NCBI RefSeq assembly: GCF_009914755.1
Contig: NC_060925.1
DNA length: 64,000 nucleotides
Direction: 5' to 3' (one strand)
From: the human T2T-CHM13v2.0 reference genome, Homo sapiens
Part shown: in pieces, positions 46,455 through 59,920 of the stretch
Layout: each line of letters starts with the position of its first letter
How positions within the stretch are numbered: the stretch's first letter is position 1
Program-made: the position numbers and the translations under genes
The notes under the pieces: model-generated
The model's input: the letters and a program-made list of their open reading frames with translations, nothing else
Told to the model about the DNA's origin: nothing
The model's database searches: none

Positions 46455-46650
46455 GTAGTAGAGACAGGATTTGGATTTTCTTTTTTAAATCCCAGATTTC
46501 AGTGGTATCAGCTTGTGACCTGAGTAATCTGTTTAACCTGAGCTTCAGTTTTCCTCATTTCGTAAAATGAGAATAATTATATTCTCACTGGGTTATTGCA
46601 AGAGCAAATGAAATCATGTGAAAGTGCAAAACAAATGCTAGTAGTTGTTA
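46455..46650 (+). mobile_element. MIR SINE
   Basis: TGTGACCTGAGTAA...CTTCAGTTTTCCTCATTTCGTAAAATGAGAATAAT...GGTTATTGCAAG. Confidence 0.75.
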
Positions 46651-47963
46651 CACATCGCAAAATGGCTCAGAGCACGGGTTTTTGTCAGAGCTTTTTGAAG
46701 CTACAGGCGATTCAAAGTCAGTACCTACACATTTAAATTATCTTAATAGATAAAAACAAATAACTATTGCGGGGAGACGATAAGAGTTTAGATCTTCCAA
46801 GTACCAAGCGTATATTCTTGCCAGAAATCGTTGTGTGTCGGGGGCGGATGGGGGGTGGGGGAGGCCGGGGGTATTCTACTCATACGTGGTTTCATACTCA
46901 GTGAAATCTCAAACAATAACTTGCTTTAAACAGAGAATAATTAATGGCGAGTTTGCAAACAATAGCATTTTGGCAGACAGTTCTTAAGTTCAGTAAAATG
47001 TGCAAAAACCTAAGCAAGGTTTTATGTGTATATAAATCTTGTCTTTTATTTTTTAAGACAACCCTGAAGTTTTCTGTGGAAACCAGAAAGGGCAAGAAAT
47101 TGGTCTTAGGTTGCTCAAGGAAACTGGTACTCACTTGTACCCTGCGGCTATACATTATATACAGGAAAAGGAGGAGGGATCCAAGGAGGGCGTGGAGCTC
47201 CTGTGCGTGGTCCATTAATTCACATTTTGCTCTCTTCGGTTCACATCCTGCGCGGACTCCACCCAAGGCAACCGAGCGAGGGGGTGGGTGGGACTCACAG
47301 CCTACCAAATAACAGTCCCAGAAACCGAAACGAAATCGAGGTGGAATTCTGAAAACACGGCTCACCAGAAAGAGGGGTGGAGAAGGAGCGCGAGAGGAGA
47401 CCCTTCTTTTGGCAGAAGAGGTATCCCTGGCCCTCGTTGCTTCCTGGGCTCCCCCCCATCCCCTCAATCGCAAACAGTTCCCTCCTTTCCTACGCATGGA
47501 AGAAGGAAGACACACACAGAGCAAGGCCACTCATCCTTGGAACGTGGGCGGAGAACACACAAGTATTCCTCAGAGAATTTCAAAAGGAAATCGAGGAAAA
47601 GCAACCTGGGAGAGGAGGAGGAAAGGAAACTGACTGCCAAGTGGGGGACCCGCGAGACGGTGGAAAGGAACTAAGCAGATAGCCTGCTGGGGCCTGCGCC
47701 CCAGGAAAGAAGGGCTACCTGTTGAATGGAACTGTCCCTGCGGAGGCGGAGAGGGAAGAAGGCGAGTCACCCCAGAGAGCGGAGCCGTTGTCCCTAGAGC
47801 AGCCTCGCTGGGGCTGGTGGCGAGGGATCTCAGCCCCAGTGCCTGCGGAGCCCCACCCTGAGAAGCCTTGGCTGCAGATACGGTGATGAGAGACACCGAC
47901 AGAAACAAGGGAGAGGCGCACGACTGGAGCCGGTCTGGCCTGCTCCCGCGGTTAGTCACTCAC

Positions 47964-48073
47964 ATCTGATACTCGTCTATCGCCTCCACCAGCTGGCCCC
48001 AAGAGTCGAAGTCGGCGCCTCTCCTAAAACTGGCGCCCCAGCGCTGCAGCAGACTCCGGGTCACCTCCGACAT
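47964..48073 (-). CDS. AIDA: AIDA exon 1 coding part (Axin interactor, dorsalization-associated)
   Basis: GCCATG start; MSEVTRSLLQRWGASFRRGADFDSWGQLVEAIDEYQ(I); donor GTGAGT; 110 nt; all ten exons join in frame to 306 aa. Confidence 0.97.
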
Positions 48074-48546
48074 GGCCGGTCCCCACCCCGTCCCCTCCCG
48101 CCCCTACCCCAGCAAGGCCGGGTTCTAGGGCGCCATCCTCCCCCGGCCTGGCCCCGACATTAACAGGGCCAGGAGGAACCGCTACGGCCACCACCGCCAC
48201 CCGCCGAGGAGCCGCCCAAGCCCATTTGCCGCCACAGCCAAACTTTGCGGCTCCAAAGCGACCGCCCCGCCGAGACCCCGCCCCCGAGGCCCCGCCCCGG
48301 GTTAGGTTGAGGCCGCCCCACTGCGCCGAGGGCCGCCATCGCTATTGCGGCATTCTCCCTCGGCTCCGGAGGTAGGGGCAACTCTTCTCTTCCTGTCTGG
48401 GAAAAAGACCATAGCTCAAAAGGAAGGCCGAGGGAGAAGTTAGAAAGGGATGATGAACGAAGCGTTTTGAGGGGACTGCAACGCCGCGGCAATACCCGCC
48501 CCTGAGCTGCGCGCACTACCGCCTCGGTAGCTGTCATGGCCGCCGG

Positions 48547-48556
48547 GTCACGTGAC
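48547..48556. promoter_or_regulatory. Palindromic CLEAR/E-box GTCACGTGAC (TFEB/TFE3/USF site)
   Basis: Exact 10-bp consensus between the divergent first exons. Confidence 0.7.
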
Positions 48557-48569
48557 TCCGGCTTGGCGC

Positions 48570-48698
48570 CGTCCTGGTTTTCCGTCACCCTGGTTCTGTA
48601 GTCTCGGTTCTCCGACTCCCTCTTTTTCTCGCTTGTGGACTCCGATATATTGCCCTTCTTCCCTTAGAAGAACTGCTGAACCGACTCTGAGAAATTTG
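48570..48698 (+). other. BROX: BROX non-coding exon 1a (start approximate)
   Basis: Consensus donor TTG|GTAAGT at 48699 inside the CpG island, upstream of the ATG-bearing exon. Confidence 0.7.
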
Positions 48699-49079
48699 GT
48701 AAGTATGTCAGAGGATGGGTGTTTCTCAGTAATATCCCCCGCTACTTCCCCGGAGTCTCAAGCAATAGGATCACCCCCTTTTACATTAGTCTCCATAGAC
48801 CCCTGGACAGTGGACCAAAAGTCTCCTTCTAGTGCCTTGAAACAAACGACAGAAAGAAAATCCATATTGGTCACCACAAATCAGTGGCATTAACAGCTAG
48901 ATCCGCTGAATCCCCTTGCCCCGCATCTCCATTGGTCATTGGAGAGCTTATAATACAAGCTAAACTGGGGTTCGTTCGGCCGTTGTCTGGCCACCTCTCC
49001 CGGGTTGACAGTATCGGCTTTCCACAAAAATGCCTGTTTGGAAAGAGGGGAACTCAAGTGTTGGCGCGTGCGCACGGTC

Positions 49080-49172
49080 GCCGCCCGCTGCCTCGAACGG
49101 GACTGGGCACGGGAGGAAGAGGCTGGGTGGTAAACAGGAAGTGGGCGCTCAGAGCTCGGGGGCGGCGCTCAG
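49080..49172 (+). other. BROX: Probable alternative BROX non-coding exon 1b (start approximate)
   Basis: Donor CAG|GTAGGT at 49173; upstream reverse CCAAT boxes (48866, 48931, 48938) and NRF1-like GCGCGTGCGCA (49064). Confidence 0.5.
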
Positions 49173-49880
49173 GTAGGTTCCTCTGGGGACTCGGGGCTTC
49201 CGGGGTGGGGGTCCCTTGTTAGGAGCGGGAGTCCTCTTGTGGAAGTGTGTTAGCTTACAGCTTCGATCCGAATGTTGTATTGGTGGCTCTAAAGGCACCC
49301 TTGTCCCTGCGGGTGGGTGTGTCGTTCTTCTATCCCACCCTAGGAACTCCCGAAAACTGAAGACCGCCGGGTCGCAGAAGGGGAGAAGATGGGGCAGGGG
49401 CAGAAACCCTCTTCTTTCCTGAAGTAAAGATTCGCAAAACTTCAGACATTTTCATCCAGGAAGTAGGAGGCCGCATTAAAAGAAGTATTTGTGGAAGATT
49501 TCGCAGCCTCAAGTGCTGAGTGTGATATTATTTGTAGGCACATAGATGCTGTATTAGGCTATCGGAATTTATATGGAAGATGTGTAGAAGATGATATTTT
49601 CTGAAATAACTCGTTAAATGTTTTGAGTCCTAAATAAACCTGCTCAGTTTTTCGTTGGGTACACACTGTATTCTCTATTCATTAAGTATGTGGTGCTCCT
49701 CAAAACCAGCTTTGTCATGAATAAATAGCATAAAGGAAGCACTTAATGTAGGCATTTCATACACTGTACAGCCACCATTATTTTCTAATACTAGGAAAAG
49801 TCGATTGTCAGAATTTTTTAGTGCCTTCAAATTAAATGAACCTTATCAGAATTTTTTCTCAGTTACTTCCTGGAATCTAA

Positions 49881-50247
<367 letters not shown>

Positions 50248-50325
50248 GTTTTTTTTTTTTTAAGTAGAAGGCATGGAACTTAATTTTTTTTTTAAGTTGG
50301 CATCTCACTTAGGTGGTGTTCCAAG

Positions 50326-50635
50326 TTTTTGTTTTTTGTTTTTTTTTTCCTTTTTCCTTTTTTGAGATAGGATCTTGCCCTGTCGCCCAGGCTGGAGTGC
50401 CATGGGGAGATCAGGGCTCACTGCAGCCTACGTCTCCTGGACTCAGGGGATCCTCCCTCCTCAGTCTTCCCAGTAGCTAGAACCACAGGCGTGGCTACCA
50501 TCCCCGGCTGATTTTTGTAGAGACCGGGTCTCACCATGTTGCCCAAGCTAGTCTCAAATTCCTGAGCTCAAGCGATCCACCCACCTCGGCCTTCCAAACT
50601 GCTGAGATTACAGGCATGAGCCACCATGCCCAGCC
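50326..50635 (-). mobile_element. Alu (AluJ-like)
   Basis: Antisense dimer with degenerate T tail. Confidence 0.92.
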
Positions 50636-51051
50636 CAATGTTTTCATTTTATAATAGAATTTATTGATCAAGTATTGTATTACATTTTTATTTTAAAAAT
50701 ATTCTTTAGGTATTTTTTGGAAAGTACATTTTATTGTAGAACACATGCTATAACCAATCCACTGTTGTCAGCAATATGTCGGAAATACAGCAGTTAACTT
50801 AAAACGTATTACAAGTAGCCTTAGCGATATAATCAGGGTTACCATTTGAACCCGTTTTGGAAATTACGTTCATCTGGTCCTGTGCCCTTTTTACTTGCAG
50901 TTGTCCAACCAAAATCTAGTACTTTGCTATTCAAAAGTGTCTGGGGACCAGCAGCATCAGCATCTCAGGTCCTGCCCCAGGCTATTGAATTAGAGCCTGC
51001 ATTGGACAAAACCACCCACCCCCAGGTGATTTTTATGTATATTACAGTTTA

Positions 51052-51351
<300 letters not shown>

Positions 51352-51455
51352 CTATTGAAATAAATTGTTATGCTATTTACCTTGTTTATTAAATATTTTA
51401 TATTTAATTTTTGTATATTTTTTACTTTTTTGTCTATAGAAAACATCTGGAGAAA

Positions 51456-51556
51456 ATGACCCATTGGTTTCATAGGAACCCATTAAAAGCCACAGCTCCT
51501 GTGTCTTTTAATTACTATGGTGTAGTCACTGGCCCTTCTGCTTCAAAAATATGCAA
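51456..51556 (+). CDS. BROX: BROX exon 2 coding part (BRO1-domain and CAAX-motif ESCRT-III adaptor)
   Basis: Acceptor TCTATAG ends at 51439; AAAATG start; [33 protein letters not shown](N); donor GTAAGT. Confidence 0.96.
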
Positions 51557-51824
51557 GTAAGTTTATTGATTGAACCACTCTTAGATGCAAGGTACTTTTT
51601 TTGGTTCCATGGCAATACAGAAATATGTAACACACTGTTTCTAAGTTTGTTATAAATTTATAAATGACATTTAAGAGTTAAATCATAGATTATTTAAATT
51701 TGGCAGTCTTCTACGCCTGGATCCTTAATTTTAGATCAGTAAATGAGTCCCAGAGAGGCTAAAGCAATCACAGTAAAACAGTTAATCTGTATATTACAAC
51801 AGTACAAGGGACTCTACAAAGTAG

Positions 51825-52269
<445 letters not shown>

Positions 52270-52299
52270 TAGGCCTTGAATGAATTGTATGGCTTAGAT

Positions 52300-52530
52300 C
52301 AGGGGTTGGCGAACTGTGTCATATGGATTTGGACCATTGCTTGTTTTTATAAATAAAGTTTTATTGGAACACAGCCAGCCCCACATTTATTGACATACTG
52401 TGTATGGCTGCCTCTGGCTGCTTTCCTCTACAACACCAGAATTGAATAGTCCCGGTGGATACCTTATTACCAGAAAAGCCTGAGATGTTTACTATTTGGC
52501 ACTTTCCAAAAAAATATTTGAGTATTCTTG
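52300..52530. mobile_element. MER58-like hAT-Charlie MITE
   Basis: CAGGGGTTGGCGAACT...TAAATAAAGTTTTATTGGAACACAGCC...AAAGCCTGAGATGTTTACTATTTGG. Confidence 0.75.
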
Positions 52531-52839
52531 ATTTAGATTGTCAGAGGGGAAAGGAGAATGTTATTTCTGTCAGGAAAACCTTTGTGCTAGTGATAGTGAG
52601 TAGAGCAGTTTGGCTGAAACAAAAGAGATAAATGCAAAAGATGTTTTGAAGGAGGAGTCAATGGACCTGATTGACTAATTTGCCTTGGGAGGCTGAAAAG
52701 GATTCAGTCTATATGAGATACAGAATCTAGATGATTAAGACATTGGTGGTACCAATAAAGGAAAATCTGAAGAGTTGCCGCTTTTATGGGAAGAAGCGAT
52801 GACAACAAAAGATAGGATAATTGGCTTATTAATCTAAAC

Positions 52840-53041
52840 CAATGGTCATCAAACTTTTTAAAAGCTACATAGTATTTATTTTAGGCTTTGTGGTCACATA
52901 CAGTCACTGTTGCATATTATTCTTCGTTCATTTTTACAACCCTTTTAAAAATATGAAAACCATTCTTAGTTTGAGGGCTGAATGAAAATAAGCTGCGGGG
53001 TATACAAAAACCGGTTATAGTTTGTAGTTTGTCAAGCTCTG
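52840..53041. mobile_element. MER58-like hAT-Charlie MITE
   Basis: GGTCATCAAACTTTTT...ATTTTAGGCTTTGTGG...AAAACCATTCTTAG...TAGTTTGTCAAGCTCTG. Confidence 0.65.
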
Positions 53042-54529
53042 ATCTAGACTCCTGGAGGCAAGTCCCGACTTAGCTGTTTTATCTATACCATTGGGCAAGT
53101 CCCTTAACTTCTTTGGGCCTAATTCCTAATCTATAAAATGAACAGCCTAAATTAAATATATCTGAGGTACATTTTTCTCAAATTCTGTAATTTAAGATGA
53201 ATATAACTTTACAAGTTGAGCTGTAGGTGATGATCAAGCATCAGTATGGAAATAGCTAGCCAACTATTTGAGTGCAGAATAGGCTTTAAGGATTCAAATT
53301 TCTGCCTAGTCCAGGAATTGAATCACTTTCCAGCTTCTAGAGAAATATCTCAAACAATGATTAATTCATAAGATAGCCAGTCACATTTTCAGTCAGCTGT
53401 TTGTAATTGGCAATACATACATACTTTCTTGGAATAAGCCTCCTTAGAGTTAGTACTAATCAATAAGACTCAAGGGATATACCATTCAGGATTAAGTCTG
53501 TGCTCTCTTCTAAACATCACTGCTACCTTATAGTCTAAATCTCAAAAGAAAATATTTGAAAAGTTATTCTTTTTCCACTCAACAAGTAATTTTGAATATG
53601 TGCTTTATCCTAGGCACCTACCAAATTCTGGATATACAGCCTCTACTCTCTTGGTGCTTACCATTTAAATTTAGTCTTTCTTTAATGGTTTACACATATT
53701 TCAAGGGTCTTTGGTCATACCCATGTATTGTAATTTCGGAAGCCTCACTAAGCTAATTGCCTTCTGGATTCGATTTGGAACTGGAATAGAACCAAGTGAA
53801 AGCTAATGATGGAGATCTAGGAATTGATATAGTTGAAGCTATACTAATAGGTGAGATCTCAAAAGAGAGAAAACCAGAAAGCCAAAGACTGAACATTTCT
53901 GGAGTTGGGAATGAAAAGGAGACACAGAAAAAAATATAAAAGGAACTTAAAAGAGACAAGGGGAGCACCTGGAAAATTTAGTGTTATTGGAATCAAAGGA
54001 GAAAATAATTTCAAGAAGGAAAAGGTGGATCTATAACATTTATTGCTATAGAGAAGTAAAGGAGAATGTAGATTAGGGAGCAGTTTTAAAACAACTGATG
54101 GCCACGTTTTACATATTCTTGATGTATATGTTGAATTACATGTCAAGGATATGTAATGTAATTTCATTTTTTAAATATTTTTATGCAGTATATTTTCACA
54201 TTTTTGTGTTTTATGTCAGATTTAGAAACTTCAAGGAGATATTAAAATGATACACAGATAAATTTTCATTTTTCAAGAAACTTATTGTGAACTGCTTAGT
54301 TTTTTATTCTTCTTTCCCCACATCTTAAGTGCATGCATTTGTTTGATTGTTTTTAATTAAAACTTGACATATATTTTTATTATGTAATTGAATTCATTAT
54401 TTGCCCCTTTAATTGGTCTGAGTTTATTTTACTACAACTTTTAAAACAGTTATTAGAAATTTTTTCTCTAGATTTAGTCCTGATTAAATTCATTTGTTAA
54501 TCCCTTAGAGGAGGTAGGCATGTGCATGC

Positions 54530-54614
54530 GTGTGTGTGTTTTAAAGCTTTTACATTGAAACCTGGTGCGTGTGTGTATGTGTGTGTGTTTTAAAGCTTTT
54601 ACATTGAAACCTGG
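54530..54614. repeat. Two identical 36-bp copies with a 49-bp period, UG-rich
   Basis: GTGTGTGTGTTTTAAAGCTTTTACATTGAAACCTGG at 54530-54565 and 54579-54614. Confidence 0.95.
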
Positions 54615-54680
54615 AAGCCACTTTTATGTAGATTGATTGCAGTACAGCTAACTTTACTGTCTTTTTGTATCTCTTATAAG

Positions 54681-54787
54681 TGACTTGAGGTCATCCAGGG
54701 CACGACTCCTTGAACTGTTCACTGATTTGAGCTGTAATCCAGAAATGATGAAGAATGCAGCAGATTCATATTTCTCACTTTTACAAG
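54681..54787 (+). CDS. BROX: BROX exon 3
   Basis: CTTATAAG acceptor and GTTAGT donor; [35 protein letters not shown](G); 107 nt. Confidence 0.96.
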
Positions 54788-55018
54788 GTTAGTTATTTAT
54801 ATGAACTTGAGGTTTTTTAAAAAACTGTCTAAAAGTTTACATTTAATTCTTTGACTTTTCAAATTTGATTAGTTTACTCTTCCAGACTGTATTCTTTGGA
54901 AAAGAGCAAGAAGTTTCATTCAGACACCTGGAAAAGTAATCTGAAAATTTTTCCAAACAGAACACTCAATATTTCTTCTAATTCTTCTAAAACTAAAATG
55001 TCTTGTACTTTTCTATAG

Positions 55019-55115
55019 GTTTCATAAATTCTTTGGATGAATCTACCCAAGAAAGCAAGTTACGATATATTCAAAATTTCAAGTGGACTGATACATTGCA
55101 AGGACAGGTTCCAAG
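55019..55115 (+). CDS. BROX: BROX exon 4
   Basis: TTCTATAG acceptor and GTAAGC donor; [31 protein letters not shown](S); 97 nt. Confidence 0.96.
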
Positions 55116-56284
55116 GTAAGCAACACTAAAGTAATACTAAATTGGAGCCAGTTTTTGTAACTATGTAGCCAGTGGTTAACTCATAGCCTTTGTATTTGGA
55201 GAAGAAAAATACAGGTCTGCTCAGCGTTTTCTCTTACCAGGAAATTAATTAAAAGCATTTTACCTCAATCCTAGTACATAATAAAAATATAATTTGTTTC
55301 TCCCAACCAAATCTATTTTTGAGGTAATCAATACAGATGTTAACTACAGTTGAACAGCCTTGACCTTTAATAACACACAAAGGATGATTTGAGGATTTAG
55401 AACCCAAACTGACATTCCGTATGTGCCTACATTCAAGCTGAGCAGAATTTAAGTTTTTCCCTTACTTTTCTTTTGCTGATGGATACTTCATGTCTTCCAT
55501 TAGTCTTTGTCTCATTCTTTCTCTCCAACTCCATACTCTTGATTCACAGTATATTTTCTTCATTATCTCTCTTCCCTATTTCTACTCTTTTTAAAAACTT
55601 CTCTTCAGAGCTTTCTTATCACTCACTTGAAACTATTTGTAATAGATCTAATTATAACGAAACAGATCACAATGGTGTTAATTTTTTACTTACCTACTGT
55701 TTTTCAACACCATTTTGTTGTTGAAATGCCCGTATATTTTAATCCCAATTTGCTTTAGAATTACTATTTTATAAAAACAGAAAGGAAGGAGTGGAGGTTG
55801 CTGAAAGACCAGAGCAGACTGTACATTACAACGAAAAGAGTATGAACATTGGGTTTGTACATATTTAGATGCAAGTCCAGGTTTTCTACTGCATGAACAT
55901 CTGCTTCTTCAACTATATCTTGGGGCTACAGATAGAGTACTTTGTGAGAAGCAAAATAAGAAAATTTTTGTGAAGTGACTGACAACAGTACTAGGCTTAT
56001 AAGACATTCATTAAATGTTCATTTCCTTTCTTCCTTCCTTGGCAATATTTTATGTCGAATTCATAATATTCTGGGATACTCAGATTTTCTAAGACCTTGT
56101 TTTCTGTTTTTTAATGTGACCCATTTGTTTTTAATCCAAAATTAAGCAATTTTTTTAATTAAAAAGACTTTTTTAAAGAATCAAACCTCTGTCATTATTT
56201 TGACAGATTCTATAATGTGTGCATTTCATAAATTTGGCATTTTTCCGACCATGCAACATTTTGATTCTGTGTAATAGTGAGCTA

Positions 56285-56693
<409 letters not shown>

Positions 56694-58174
56694 TTACTTT
56701 ATTCTTGATTGCTGCTTACTCAGTGGAAATCGTGTTGTGAGTTTATCTGTTCTGAAAAATATTTTTTCCATTATAGTTACTATGACTACTACTTTTATGT
56801 GGTGTCATAGAAATGGAGTGTTTGGAAACAAGGCATGTTAAATGAAGGATTATAAAGGAAAAGAGTTACTCATGAGACTTCACTAAATTAGCCAAACTGT
56901 TATATTATTTAAAAGTTATAAATTAGACATGTCCACTAGATCTCCAGATGTAATTCATTTGATAGTTTCAGTGCAGAAAATAATAAGCTATTAAACTATG
57001 TATTAAATTTTTTTCAGGAGGATAAAACTGTTTTGAGAAGTTTGTTCATAACTGTCATTTTTGGATGTTATAATCTATACTAAAGACAGTTTAGAAATTA
57101 TTTTTTAATTACTACATATTTTATAACACTTTTTTTTTTTTTTTTCATTTAAAAAGTTGCCATATCTCCATTTATCTTAAGACAGGGGCAACAAGTAACT
57201 AAAAAATAAAAAGTAGAATGATAATTCTGGTTTCTTCTTTTTGGGTAGCTTTTCTGTTTCTTAGTATTACGTGTGTAAAATAAGGATATTCTGCTTTCTT
57301 CATCAGTTGAGATAAATGAGATCATGTGTAAAAAATTTTCAGGTTCTTCTAAGAACAATAGTGAATATATATTGTTATGAATATCTTATTTGCTTGATAT
57401 GCTTTTGCCATCTTTATTTCATACTTCATAATAGAATCTGAAGGAAACAAGGTATAAAATATACTTGTGTTCAGGACCTTTTTCTGGAATACTGATTGGC
57501 TAGGCATTCAGAATCTTATACAGTTTGCCTTCAGCTTGCTTTTTGCCCTTCTTTTCCTTGATTTCTTTTTTACATACCTTCTGCTCCAGTCAAGCTCATT
57601 GGGTCACTTCTACCAGAAAATTTTTTATACTCCTCTTGGGCTTTGATGGCATTGTTTCCTCACCTGGGATGTCCTTTTGCTTCCCTTCTAGTCATCTTTC
57701 CAGGGACAGTTCAGATTTTATATATACCATTAAACCTTCTTAATTATTCTAGCCTGAAACAATCTCTCCTCTGAATTTGATTTTTCTAAAATGTTGTATA
57801 AGAGCCACACCTTTGAGAATCGACTGAGTACTTGTTAAAAATACGATTCTAAGCCCCATCCCAGGCTTTCCGACTCTGGGATTAAGGCCCAGAAATCTGT
57901 ATTTTAAAAGCTGCTCTATGTGCAGTAAACTTTGGGAGCTCCTATTCCCATGCTTATTATTAAGTACATAGTACCTTCTGGACCATTATACTTAGCCATT
58001 TGTAGTTAATTACCTGTACATCTTATCTCCCCATCTATATTAAACACAACCATTTTCCTCATACATACCAGTTAGCATATACTTCTTTGTAATTTTGAGT
58101 CGGATATCCAGTAGGCTTCATGGTGTGATGTCTGGATAATTGACAGAACTTAATGATCATGTTTATAATTCCAG

Positions 58175-58270
58175 TGCCCAGCAGGATGCTGTTTTTGAAT
58201 TAATTTCCATGGGATTTAATGTAGCTTTATGGTATACCAAATATGCTTCAAGACTGGCTGGAAAAGAAAA
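58175..58270 (+). CDS. BROX: BROX exon 5
   Basis: ATTCCAG acceptor and GTAAGT donor; [31 protein letters not shown](N); 96 nt. Confidence 0.96.
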
Positions 58271-58449
58271 GTAAGTTAATAGGAGAGGATTGTGTACATC
58301 TGTGTTATTTTTCAAGTATGTGGCGCTTCATTATTTTAAAAATCTATTTTAAAAAGTACCACTTTGGATGTTTGAAGGATTGCCTTGTAATGTTAGTATT
58401 TTGAGTGTCAGAATTATGGCACCTAGCGTTAAGAGGTAAAATAAATTTT

Positions 58450-59281
<832 letters not shown>

Positions 59282-59432
59282 TAATGTTACCTTTATGTCA
59301 TATACTTGTTTTCAAGACCTTTTTGTGGGATACTGATTGGCTTAGCATTCAAAATCCTTTACAGTTTTTACTAATTTCCTATAAACGTACATTTCATATG
59401 CATTTGCTCCTTTTCTAGGTGTCAAAATTAAA

Positions 59433-59700
59433 TTTTTTTGGTGGCGGGGGGATGGAGTGCCGCTCTGTCGCCAGGCCAGGCTGGAGTGCAGTGGCATGAT
59501 CTCGGCTCGCTGCAACTGCCACCTCCTGGGTTCAAGTGATTTTCGTGCCTCAGCCTCCCGAGTAGCTGGGATTACAGGTGCCTGCCACCATACCCAGCTA
59601 ATTAGGGTTTTGCCCTGCTGGCCAGGATGGTCTCAAACTTCTGGCCTCAAGCAACCTGCCCGTCTCGGCCTCCCAAAGTGCTAGGATTACAGGCCTGGCC
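59433..59700 (-). mobile_element. Alu with internal deletions
   Basis: Antisense dimer lacking the linker; TSD TCAAAATTA. Confidence 0.9.
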
Positions 59701-59847
59701 TCAAAATTAGATTTATTTTTAAAAGGAAGAAAATTAGCAGTGAGAAACATAAATGACTACTTTGGATGTATAATAATGTATTGGTTGTTGTGTTTTAATA
59801 CCAGAAATGGAATTCATCCTCTAACTAATGTAACCCCTATCTTTAAG

Positions 59848-59920
59848 TATAACAGAAGATGAAGCAAAAGAAGTTCATCGAAGCCTAAAGATTGCAGCTG
59901 GGATTTTTAAACATTTAAAG
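59848..59920 (+). CDS. BROX: BROX exon 6
   Basis: CTTTAAG acceptor and GTAAAA donor; [24 protein letters not shown]; 73 nt. Confidence 0.95.

Larger units (their letters stand above)
47200..49450. promoter_or_regulatory. CpG island / bidirectional AIDA-BROX promoter
   Basis: Abrupt GC/CpG enrichment spanning AIDA exon 1 and BROX first exons; GC boxes CCCCGCCCC at 48276 and 48290. Confidence 0.92.

Noticed and set aside
48536-48601. Strong-Kozak ORF MAAGSRDSGLAPSWFSVTLVL* as a BROX uORF
   Set aside because: It overlaps the E-box and may lie upstream of the main BROX start site; cannot be supported without TSS data
46898-49512. Long ORFs (up to 210 aa) on both strands around the promoter
   Set aside because: Expected in GC-rich CpG islands; no recognisable domains and many use non-ATG starts. 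Only the short AIDA-leader uORFs were kept
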